DNA of 35,085 bases. It comes from Ruminococcus sp. (GTDB lineage Bacteria > Bacillota > Clostridia > Oscillospirales > Acutalibacteraceae). A program made the position numbers and the translations under genes. Positions 1 to 7,788 of this stretch are shown in pieces. Where the stretch lies: assembly GCA_017502425.1 (NCBI GenBank), contig JAFVVB010000186.1, forward strand, positions 1 to 35,085, in the 5' to 3' direction. Each line of letters opens with the position of its first letter. The first letter of the stretch is position 1. Below the pieces are notes generated by a model, which saw only the letters and a program-made list of their open reading frames with translations, was not told the DNA's origin and ran no database searches.

Positions 1-2090
1 AAGATTGTGAAATTTTTCACACCTCTTATATATAAACCATATGTGAAACGTTCAAATCTTTGATTTTCGCCTAATTTTTCAAGGGTTTTTTCCTTGTTTT
101 CCACAGAGTTTTCCACAGTGAAGTGCAAAACGTTGAAAACTATATTTTTGGACTTTTTCATATCTTCAGCTAAAATCAAAGGAACACAATTGAGTATTTC
201 GGTTACAATTTTGTTACACTTAAGCCTGAATTTCTCGCCCTTGCGGTCTTGCAAAACGAGGTTGTTTTTGCAAGTGGCACAGGTGTGCACTCCACTTTTT
301 ACCGGACAGTTTCTGGTAATCATCAAAGGTAGATAACCGTATGAAAATACTCCTATCGGTATCGCACTTTTCAGCAAATCTATTCTTTTATAATCAAGTT
401 CAAACGATACTTCTGCATCTGTTGCACCATAATTTTTCGCCCAGAGTAGGGACAGAGAATTAGTGATATTCATACCAAAGCCCAGATGATAATGAAGTCC
501 GAGCTCTTTACACATATACACTGCACCGATATTATGACACAAAACGTGATGAATACCCATATCTTTTGCTTTTAAAAGAGCTTGATAAATCTTTGTCTCA
601 AGCGAAAACATAGCACGAGGTATCTCAATAGCTATATTCATTGAGGCTTTTTGATATTCCTTTATTTTCTCTTCGTTTTTCACACACTCAAAAAGTGGTA
701 AAAATACATACTCAAATTCAGAAAAACTCTGCGGAATATTAAGGTCGGATAGCACTGCACGATTACTTTTTAAAAATTCTTTGCTCTCAATCTCACCGAT
801 TAAATCAGTAAAAGTATAGTCTAAAACTTCGTAATTATGACGTCTTTCACGTTTTAAAGAAAGTTTATCAAGTATATCACGGCGCAGGCAGTTAATGTCC
901 TTAGCACTTATAAAAGCCTCCCCTGAAATTTCGCATTTTATATCGTGTACATTATACGGAGTGTCACCTGTTTTTCTAAGGTATGAAGAAATTTTCTCAG
1001 CGTTTATAGGAGCATTCTGAGCTTTTGAAACTATGAAATCAGACTGAATCTGCACACTGTGTTCATAGTCAGTTACACTTAGCTTTACAGGCTTTCCTAC
1101 TTCAATATTGACAGAAAAATCGATGTCTACTCGTCTAAGCTCATCTTTATATGTTGAACGTATAAGTCGCAGTAGCTTTTCTGATGCCAAAACAACGTCT
1201 TCGCGTTTGCGATATCCAAACATAGAAGAACCTCTGCTATCACAGAAATATCCGTCAGTAAAACCGGTTCTGGAGAATACAGCTTTAAGATTTTCCTGAG
1301 TTTTCTCATCAATATAGCCGTTATCACGCATCATAACGCACGCACGGGTAGCGCTCGAAACATACTCGGGACGTTTCATTCTGCCCTCGATTTTTGCACT
1401 TTTAACTCCGATTTCTTGAAGCTCTCTGATTCTATCTATTATAGAGTTATCTTTCAAACTAAGCGCATGAGTATTAGAGCTATCACACGTAAAAGGTAAA
1501 CGGCACGGTTGAGCACACATACCTCGGTTAGCGCTACGTGTACCTAAAGCTGCACTCATATAGCACTGACCCGATACACACATACACAACGCTCCGTGAA
1601 CGAAAACCTCAAGCTCAATATCGCAGTTATCGGCGATATATTTAATTTCCTCTTTAGTCATTTCACGAGCGAGAACCACTCGAGAAAAACCGAGCTCTTT
1701 GAGTGCTTTAGCCCCACTTAAGGTATGCACACTCATCTGGGTTGATGCGTGAAGTTTAAGCTGTGGCACTATCTTTTTTACCGCCATCGCAAGTCCGATA
1801 TCCTGAGTAATGAGTGCATCGATATCACACTCGGCCGCTTTTCTCACTAAATCTAGTGCATCGTCCATTTCGTCGTCAAAAATCAGCGTATTCAGCGCAA
1901 GATATACTTTTACACCGTTTATGTGACAGTATTTAACTGCATCTTTAAGCTCATCAATGCTGAAATTCTTAGCCGACGCACGCGCAGAAAAATCCTTAGC
2001 ACCCAGATATACTGCGTCTGCACCGGATCTGACAGCGGCTACTATGCTATCAAATCCTCCGCAGGGAGAGAGTATTTCAATCTTATTCAT
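1..2090 (-). CDS. U32 family peptidase-like protein (long, RlhA-like form); 3' end runs off the window edge
   Basis: Missed by the ORF track, apparently because no stop is reached inside the window. Read manually from ATG at 2090: MNKIEILSPCGGFDSIVAAVRSGADAVYLG..., with the Fe-S motif HGALCMCVSGQCYMS...NRGMCAQPCR. The C-terminus ...FTYGLYIRGVK is in the same frame at the left edge; I did not check every intervening codon. Confidence 0.9.
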   Translation of the reverse strand, partial: MNKIEILSPCGGFDSIVAAVRSGADAVYLGAKDFSARASAKNFSIDELKDAVKYCHINGVKVYLALNTLIFDDEMDDALDLVRKAAECDIDALITQDIGLAMAVKKIVPQLKLHASTQMSVHTLSGAKALKELGFSRVVLAREMTKEEIKYIADNCDIELEVFVHGALCMCVSGQCYMSAALGTRSANRGMCAQPCRLPFTCDSSNTHALSLKDNSIIDRIRELQEIGVKSAKIEGRMKRPEYVSSATRACVMMRDNGYIDEKTQENLKAVFSRTGFTDGYFCDSRGSSMFGYRKREDVVLASEKLLRLIRSTYKDELRRVDIDFSVNIEVGKPVKLSVTDYEHSVQIQSDFIVSKAQNAPINAEKISSYLRKTGDTPYNVHDIKCEISGEAFISAKDINCLRRDILDKLSLKRERRHNYEVLDYTFTDLIGEIESKEFLKSNRAVLSDLNIPQSFSEFEYVFLPLFECVKNEEKIKEYQKASMNIAIEIPRAMFSLETKIYQALLKAKDMGIHHVLCHNIGAVYMCKELGLHYHLGFGMNITNSLSLLWAKNYGATDAEVSFELDYKRIDLLKSAIPIGVFSYGYLPLMITRNCPVKSGVHTCATCKNNLVLQDRKGEKFRLKCNKIVTEILNCVPLILAEDMKKSKNIVFNVLHFTVENSVENKEKTLEKLGENQRFERFTYGLYIRGVKNFTI

Positions 2091-2721
2091 CGTTTTTATT
2101 ATCTTCAAAGAGGCTGTACTGTCTCATAGGAGTGTAACCTTTTGAATTATTTTGCTTTTGCATAAAACGCTCTTTATATGGATTTACGTGCTCATGATTA
2201 TGACGTTTTTTCTCGGATTTTGGTGTAGGCTTCACGGTTTTTGGCTCTAATTTTTCAACCTCTTTTTCAGCATCCTCATCAAAATCAAAGGAAAGGTCGT
2301 CGCTTGAATCAATTTCAAATTCTTCTACTACTTCGGTAGTTTTAGTCTTCTTTATTTCTACTACCGGTGCAATGGCTGAAGCTAAAGGCTCTTTCTTTTT
2401 GTTTTCAATTTCTTTTTCGAGCTCTGCGATTCTTTCTTTTAACTTTTCGTTTTCAGCTCTTAACTTTGCGCTGTCTTCGATATAGTCCTTTATCTGCTCT
2501 TTTACTTTTGAAAGCGATGCTCTGCTTTTAGCTTCATCGTCACAAAAATCAAGTGCCGCCATAACCGCACATTTTTCGCGGCTCATACCGCTGTTGTTAA
2601 ACAGAGAGCTGATAGCTGTATCTACCTTCTGAGAAATGTCTGTAACGTATTTTTCTGATTCTTCAGTTATTAAAGTCAGTTTCTGACCTGCTACAAATAC
2701 CGTAATCTTATTTTTTTCCAT
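2083..2721 (-). CDS. zapA: Cell division protein ZapA with long acidic C-terminal extension
   Basis: N-terminal ZapA-like domain (KITVFVAGQKLTL...YVTDISQKVD...AVMAALDFCD), then a coiled coil. zapA-U32 peptidase synteny is common in Clostridia. RBS GAGGTG. Confidence 0.85.
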   Translation of the reverse strand: MEKNKITVFVAGQKLTLITEESEKYVTDISQKVDTAISSLFNNSGMSREKCAVMAALDFCDDEAKSRASLSKVKEQIKDYIEDSAKLRAENEKLKERIAELEKEIENKKKEPLASAIAPVVEIKKTKTTEVVEEFEIDSSDDLSFDFDEDAEKEVEKLEPKTVKPTPKSEKKRHNHEHVNPYKERFMQKQNNSKGYTPMRQYSLFEDNKNDE

Positions 2722-2754
2722 AATAGCACCTCAAAAAGATTTTTTACCACATAA

Positions 2755-2784
2755 ATTATATAACAACAATAATCAATATCACAA
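2755..2784 (-). promoter_or_regulatory. Possible sigma-A promoter of zapA
   Basis: Minus strand TTGTGA-N18-TATAAT upstream of the zapA RBS. Confidence 0.4.
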
Positions 2785-2844
2785 GTTTTACTACCGTATT
2801 GTAATTTTTAAATATCAAATGTCTTTGAATTGTTACATAATAAG

Positions 2845-2873
2845 AAAAAGTCCGACGAAAATATCGTCGGACT
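2845..2873 (-). terminator. Intrinsic terminator after anti-sigma 1
   Basis: Stem AGTCCGACGA/TCGTCGGACT with a 5-nt loop; the A-run on the left is a U-tail on the minus strand. Confidence 0.85.
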
Positions 2874-2878
2874 CTAAG

Positions 2879-3721
2879 TCATTTTATTTCAACAATAACA
2901 TCAGTAATAGGAACGCCGTGTTCATTATAGAAATAGTATCTGTATGTTCCCGGCTCTAAAACCAGTCCCACGCTCTGAGGACTATAAATATAGTAGTACA
3001 CACTACCGAAACCTGAGTAAAATCTCGCAAGATGCTCAGAAGAAAACAGCTTTCTGTCTCCGACAGGTCGGTCGTTGACATCTTTTATTCTGCAGTATAT
3101 TTTTCCGTCGCCAACCAGATAACTCGGAGAAAAGCTTACGATACAATCTGAACCTGTCGGTGATGTCAGGTCTTCGTTATCGGTTTTGCTTTCTTCGGTG
3201 GATTCTTCTTTATTAGGTAATGACTGCTCTGTTGATGGTTGAGTCTCTTCACTTACCGTTTCATTAGTAGGTTTTACAGGCTTTACGGTAGGCTTTATTA
3301 CAGGTTTTTGAGTATGATTATTTAAAACAGTCGGTTTCTGCTCTTTTTTATCCGTAGGCTTTTTAGTGCTTTCTTCTTGCTTTGATTCAGATATTTCCTG
3401 ATTTTTCGTTTCTTTTACTTGAGTTACTTCGGATTTTTCCTGTTTTTTTACTGTTTTATAAGCCTTATTCTCAGATTTTTCCTGAGTCTGAATTACAGTT
3501 TCAGTCTCTTTTGGTGCTGTCGGAATCTGAGGTTGAGTCTTACCGAAACCGAAAACAAGTACGCTTATCATACACACAAAAGTCAAACATAAACACGATG
3601 CTATGATTTTAGCATTGTATTTAGGACGCGGTTTTATCTTAGACGCTGTGCTGAGCACTCTGTCAGCCCACTCATCAGAGATGTCAAAACTTTTCATTTT
3701 ATCAAAGTTGAAATCGTTCAT
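2879..3721 (-). CDS. Putative anti-sigma factor 1 (short cytoplasmic N-terminus, TM helix, P/T/E/K stalk, C-terminal extracellular domain)
   Basis: Directly downstream of an ECF sigma with TAATG overlap. Start reassigned to ATG 3721 (MNDFNFDKMK) using RBS GGAGGTGAG. Paralogous to the 5290 and 7789 ORFs. Confidence 0.8.
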   Translation of the reverse strand: MNDFNFDKMKSFDISDEWADRVLSTASKIKPRPKYNAKIIASCLCLTFVCMISVLVFGFGKTQPQIPTAPKETETVIQTQEKSENKAYKTVKKQEKSEVTQVKETKNQEISESKQEESTKKPTDKKEQKPTVLNNHTQKPVIKPTVKPVKPTNETVSEETQPSTEQSLPNKEESTEESKTDNEDLTSPTGSDCIVSFSPSYLVGDGKIYCRIKDVNDRPVGDRKLFSSEHLARFYSGFGSVYYYIYSPQSVGLVLEPGTYRYYFYNEHGVPITDVIVEIK

Positions 3722-4203
3722 TAACACTCACCTCCGTAAATACTTCTGAGTTTCTCTCTGCCTCGCATAAGTAATGTTTTTATGGTGTTAGGGGGTTTTT
3801 TCAGAATTTTTGCTATTTCATTTACTTTATAATTTTCGCAGTAATACAGGTACATTACCTCTCTGTACTTATCATTAAGCTCAAACAATGCCCACGATAA
3901 ATCGCACTCTTCATAAGGAAAATTCACTATATCGTCGCTGTTTTTATCGAGCAGTACTTCTTTGCGATTTTTTCGCATAAATCGGTTACACTCGTTTATA
4001 GCAACCCGTATGAGCCACGCTTTAAGATGCTCTTCGCTTTCTAGCTTAGGGGATTTTTTATATAATCTTAAAAAGGTGTTCTGAAAGCAGTCGTCAGCGT
4101 CGGTCTGGTTTTTAAGTCGCATTATGCATACTAAACCGACGGTATTTTTATATTTGCGGACGACTTGCTCGAAAGTAAGTCCCGCAAAATTTTCGTCACC
4201 CAT
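3721..4203 (-). CDS. ECF (sigma-70 group 4) RNA polymerase sigma factor 1
   Basis: Region 2 DADDCFQNTF...HLKAWLIRVAINEC; region 4 EIAKILKKPPNTIKTLLMRGREKL. Start moved to ATG 4203 based on RBS GGGGGG spacing and paralog alignment. Confidence 0.93.
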   Translation of the reverse strand: MGDENFAGLTFEQVVRKYKNTVGLVCIMRLKNQTDADDCFQNTFLRLYKKSPKLESEEHLKAWLIRVAINECNRFMRKNRKEVLLDKNSDDIVNFPYEECDLSWALFELNDKYREVMYLYYCENYKVNEIAKILKKPPNTIKTLLMRGREKLRSIYGGEC

Positions 4204-4217
4204 TTTCATACCCCCCA

Positions 4218-4256
4218 TTCACTATTAATACCCTTTAAACCCATATTATGGTTTCA
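4218..4256 (-). promoter_or_regulatory. Putative autoregulatory ECF promoter of sigma 1
   Basis: Minus strand TGAAAC-N17-GGGTATTAATAGTGAA just before the RBS; same architecture upstream of the other two sigma genes. Confidence 0.7.
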
Positions 4257-4281
4257 TTAAAATATTATATATAAACTATGT

Positions 4282-4316
4282 AAAAAAATAAAGCCCGATG
4301 ATAAAACATCGGGCTT
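4282..4316 (-). terminator. Intrinsic terminator after the dockerin gene
   Basis: Stem AAGCCCGATG/CATCGGGCTT with an A-rich tract on the left. Confidence 0.85.
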
Positions 4317-4326
4317 AGTAATTATA

Positions 4327-5274
4327 TTATTTAGCATGCGCTAGCTTTTTTTGGATAGTAGTTGCATCCATTATAGTAATTTTACCGTCGCGGTCTATAT
4401 CAGATACATAACCTGAACGGTTTTCTTCGTGTTCATCATATCTGACTACCACATTGTAGTGTTCTCTATAACTTAATTTTTCTAAATCTACTAAATATCT
4501 TGAGATATAAGTAGCATCAAAAATAGTGACTTTTCCGTCTTTATCGGCATCTCCGAAAGGATTAGCCACTCCTAAATCAACGAGCGTTGCTCCGAGTTCA
4601 TTATACTTATACGGAGTTTTTCTCAGATCTTTTAAGTCATAAATCTTATCTTCTTTTACATCATACACACCGTAGTTATAGGTAAAGTAGCTGTAAATAT
4701 TAGGTGAATGCACTACAACATCGCCTAAATCCATACCACATAGAGCACACATCGCATTGCCTGTGTCAGCTTTCAGTAGTATCCAGTCTATTTCACCGTT
4801 TTCGTCCTTGTGCTCATATGTTTTTTCAAAAGAGTAATAGCCTATCTGAGGAGTAGCATATAGTAGATACTTCTGCTCGATTTGTGAGCAATAATCAATG
4901 CTATCCACCTCGTCAAAAGACGCTATTTTTCCGATATTTGCTACCTTTACTCTGACTACTAACTGACCACAGTTTTTAAGCACTTCTTCGTAGTATAATC
5001 CGTTAAACACCTTGCTGTACATATCTGTGTAAAAATCTGCATAGTAGTTTTTGAGTTCTTCTTTCGCCTTATCGTAGTCCGGATAACTCGGCATATCCAT
5101 ACTGAACACCTCGTCGGTGTAATAGTCTATTTTTATACCTATAATATCGTTTTTTGATGAGTTTTCTATGACTTCTTTCAGCTCGTCGCTGATTTTAGAA
5201 GTTTTCGCTGATGCTGTAATCATACATGAAAACAGCAAAACAAAAGATAAAATAACTGCAACTATTCTTTTCAT
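4327..5274 (-). CDS. Secreted protein with C-terminal dockerin domain
   Basis: Signal peptide MKRIVAVILSFVLLFSCMITASA. Two Ca-binding dockerin repeats, GDADKDGKVTIFDATYISRYLV and SDIDRDGKITIMDATTIQKKLA. Start at ATG 5274 after RBS AGGAGGTG. Confidence 0.88.
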   Translation of the reverse strand: MKRIVAVILSFVLLFSCMITASAKTSKISDELKEVIENSSKNDIIGIKIDYYTDEVFSMDMPSYPDYDKAKEELKNYYADFYTDMYSKVFNGLYYEEVLKNCGQLVVRVKVANIGKIASFDEVDSIDYCSQIEQKYLLYATPQIGYYSFEKTYEHKDENGEIDWILLKADTGNAMCALCGMDLGDVVVHSPNIYSYFTYNYGVYDVKEDKIYDLKDLRKTPYKYNELGATLVDLGVANPFGDADKDGKVTIFDATYISRYLVDLEKLSYREHYNVVVRYDEHEENRSGYVSDIDRDGKITIMDATTIQKKLAHAK

Positions 5275-5289
5275 ATTCACACCTCCTGC

Positions 5290-6231
5290 TTATTTTACCG
5301 TAACTTCACCGAAGTAAAATATGTGTCCCTTGTCATTTCCGAAAAAGTAGCTGTACGTACCGGGACGGATACTCTTATTTTCATTATTTACTACGTACTC
5401 AAGATATACTATTCCGTTAGATACTTCTACTGATACGTTATACATATCCATCTCTTCTTCTGCTGACAAATCACCGGGGCCGGTATTCAGAAAACAGAAA
5501 ATTCTAGCGTCATTAAGGTACTCGCTCAGAGAAATAGTAGCGTAGCATCTGATATAATTTGTGTCTTGAAAACTATCGGACGAACCAGGGGACGAATCAG
5601 GGTTTGATGAATCGCTGGAATCACTTTCACCTGATGACGATCCATCATTCTCATTGGGTGGTGATTGGGTCGGATTTGTTTCAGGTTTTACTGATGGTTT
5701 TTCAGACGGACTTGGTTTCTGTGTTTCAGGACTTTGCGTAGGTTTTTCAGTAGGCTCTGGTGCAGGTTTTATATCGGGTTTTGCCTCGGGTTTTTGAGTA
5801 TTGCCATTAACTTCAGGCTTTTTAGTTTCCTCTTCTTTTTTATCCGTAGGATTCACTACTATTTGCTCTATGATAACGCTGTGTTCAGTAGAACCTACTG
5901 TTTCTCTTCTATTATTTTTCTTAGTTTCCTTTTTGCTTTTTTTGTTTTTAGTTTCAGCAAGTGATTCTTTTTCTGTTTCTGAGTTTACAGTGACATTTTC
6001 GCTGTATGATGACTCTTCTATTGGTTTAGGTACCACTTTACTATCGTCTTTTAGCATATGATAAACCACGAAACTAAGTGTAAAAACTAAGATAAAGCTC
6101 GCTACCATCGGTAATACTTTTTTAAATACAATGAAAGTTGTGGCAGGTTTTTTGGGTACGTTTACTGCACCGTTGACCCATGTGTCAGGGATTTCTATAT
6201 TTTTGATTTTGTCAAAATTAAAATCTCTCAC
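5290..6231 (-). CDS. Putative anti-sigma factor 2 (TM helix, P/T/E/S stalk, C-terminal extracellular domain)
   Basis: GTG start at 6231 (MRDFNFDKIKNIEIPDTW), 1 nt after the sigma 2 stop, with RBS GGAGGTGAG. Paralog of anti-sigma 1 and 3. Confidence 0.8.
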   Translation of the reverse strand: MRDFNFDKIKNIEIPDTWVNGAVNVPKKPATTFIVFKKVLPMVASFILVFTLSFVVYHMLKDDSKVVPKPIEESSYSENVTVNSETEKESLAETKNKKSKKETKKNNRRETVGSTEHSVIIEQIVVNPTDKKEEETKKPEVNGNTQKPEAKPDIKPAPEPTEKPTQSPETQKPSPSEKPSVKPETNPTQSPPNENDGSSSGESDSSDSSNPDSSPGSSDSFQDTNYIRCYATISLSEYLNDARIFCFLNTGPGDLSAEEEMDMYNVSVEVSNGIVYLEYVVNNENKSIRPGTYSYFFGNDKGHIFYFGEVTVK

Positions 6232-6232
6232 T

Positions 6233-6712
6233 TCACTCACCTCCATATATTTTTTTGAGCTTTTCTCTACCACGTCGCAGTCGGGTTTTAATCGTATTTT
6301 CGTTTTTATTGAGTATCTTTGCTATTTCTTCGATTTTATAATCTTCTGCGTAAAACAGGTAGAGCACTTCTCGATATTTATCGTCAAGCCTCATCAATGC
6401 CCACGACATATCGCTCTTTTCCTCAGGAAAATCAACTGAAGTTTCAGGAATTTTTGAAAGAGAGACAGTGGGCTTGTTTTTTCGTATGTACTTATTACAT
6501 TCATTGATAGCAACTCGTATGAGCCACGCTTTCAGATGGTTTTCATCATTGAAGTCAGGGGATGAACGATACAGTTTGAAGAAGGTATTCTGAAAACAAT
6601 CCTCAGCATCAGCGTAATTTTTGAGTCGCATAGTGCATACCGCACCGACAGTCTGTTTATACTTAACGACAGTTTCTTCATAAGTACGCCCAAAAAACAT
6701 TTTTTCGCCCAT
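6233..6712 (-). CDS. ECF sigma factor 2
   Basis: DAEDCFQNTF...HLKAWLIRVAINEC; EIAKILNKNENTIKTRLRRGREKL; RBS AAGGAGGGAG. Confidence 0.93.
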   Translation of the reverse strand: MGEKMFFGRTYEETVVKYKQTVGAVCTMRLKNYADAEDCFQNTFFKLYRSSPDFNDENHLKAWLIRVAINECNKYIRKNKPTVSLSKIPETSVDFPEEKSDMSWALMRLDDKYREVLYLFYAEDYKIEEIAKILNKNENTIKTRLRRGREKLKKIYGGE

Positions 6713-6724
6713 CTGTCTCCCTCC

Positions 6725-6763
6725 TTCACTAATAAAATCCAGTATATATGGTAAAAAGTTTCA
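6725..6763 (-). promoter_or_regulatory. Putative autoregulatory ECF promoter of sigma 2
   Basis: Minus strand TGAAAC-N17-GGATTTTATTAGTGAA. Confidence 0.7.
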
Positions 6764-6787
6764 TTTATTTTTTATATAATATCATCT

Positions 6788-6824
6788 AAAAAATAAAAGC
6801 CACGAATATTTCATCGTGGCTTTT
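6788..6824 (-). terminator. Intrinsic terminator after the zinc-ribbon gene
   Basis: Stem AAAAGCCACGA/TCGTGGCTTTT with flanking A/T runs. Confidence 0.85.
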
Positions 6825-6839
6825 GATAATGTCAGAAAA

Positions 6840-7673
6840 TTACTTTTTCTCGATATAACCCAGTGAAATTAAACCGTCTGCTGACTGCTGCATAGAAATA
6901 GTAGCAGCTTCACCTGTGATAGTTAAAACTTTAGCATCAGCTAACTTAGATACTGTATCAACATTTTCTAAACCTGTGCTATGAATCTTGAGTACATAGA
7001 AATCACCGTCTGTATCATATGTAACTGTACAGCAATCAAGTTCATCAGCAGGGCCATACTGCTCTTTAACCTGAGTATCAAATGTTTCTTTCTGCTCATC
7101 AGTATAGTCAGTCATAGGAAAGTATACAATTTCTACCATTTCCTTAACTACATCGCCGTCAGCCTTTAATTCCTGAATATCGATACTGCTGTTAGTAGCG
7201 TTTTTCATGATGAAAGCTCTTGTACCATCGCCAGAAAGAGTTGCTGTGTATGAAATACCTTCACTAGCAATTAAGCCGTCAAATGTAGAAGTATCAGCTT
7301 TCTCAGTATCAACAGCTGAACTTGAGCTTGAACTATCAGCATCAGCATCTTCTTCTGAAGGGGTCCAAGGCTCGAATGTAACGTCTTCCTGAGTACCACT
7401 TGTTTCAGGACCACCACATGAACCTAAAGCCACAAAGAGTACTATAATCGCAGCGATAACTGCCAGCACGATTATTAAACCTTTTTTACTTTTCTTAGGT
7501 TTCTGAGGCTGTGGAGGTTGAGCGTATGGAGCACTCTGCTGTACTGTCGGTGCCATAGGTGCCTGAGGTACCTGTGGTGCAACCTGCTGTGGAGCATTAT
7601 CCTGAACATTACCACAAGCATCACAAACTGTTGAATTTTCTGCTAAAACTTGTCCGCAATTTTTACAAAACAT
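6840..7673 (-). CDS. Zinc-ribbon domain single-pass membrane protein
   Basis: N-terminal MFCKNCG...CDACG, P/Q-rich linker, KKSKK plus TM helix, and an acidic extracellular domain loosely resembling YehR/DUF1307. Confidence 0.85.
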   Translation of the reverse strand: MFCKNCGQVLAENSTVCDACGNVQDNAPQQVAPQVPQAPMAPTVQQSAPYAQPPQPQKPKKSKKGLIIVLAVIAAIIVLFVALGSCGGPETSGTQEDVTFEPWTPSEEDADADSSSSSSAVDTEKADTSTFDGLIASEGISYTATLSGDGTRAFIMKNATNSSIDIQELKADGDVVKEMVEIVYFPMTDYTDEQKETFDTQVKEQYGPADELDCCTVTYDTDGDFYVLKIHSTGLENVDTVSKLADAKVLTITGEAATISMQQSADGLISLGYIEKK

Positions 7674-7709
7674 AATTATCCTCCTATCAAAGTATTAATA
7701 CTTTATTTC

Positions 7710-7738
7710 ATTTTAGCACCATAGTTTTTTCAATACAA
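7710..7738 (-). promoter_or_regulatory. Sigma-A-like promoter of the zinc-ribbon gene
   Basis: Minus strand TTGTAT-N17-TAAAAT with TG extension. Confidence 0.55.
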
Positions 7739-7749
7739 GTCAAAATAAC

Positions 7750-7781
7750 AAAAAGCCTGCCAAAATTTAAGGCAGGCTTTT
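7750..7781 (-). terminator. Intrinsic terminator after anti-sigma 3
   Basis: Stem AAAAGCCTGCC/GGCAGGCTTTT. Confidence 0.85.
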
Positions 7782-7788
7782 GTGAATA

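Noticed and set aside
1-2090. Apparent 2-kb gap with only short ORFs (possible pseudogene, recoding or ncRNA)
   Set aside because: Start and end of a U32 CDS are in the same minus-strand frame and the gene runs off the window edge, which explains its absence from the track. The small ORFs listed there are shadows.
3791-3802. G5-T7 homopolymer in sigma 1 (and G6 RBS tracts) as phase-variation sites
   Set aside because: The tracts are short, the frame is intact, and such runs are common in AT-rich DNA.
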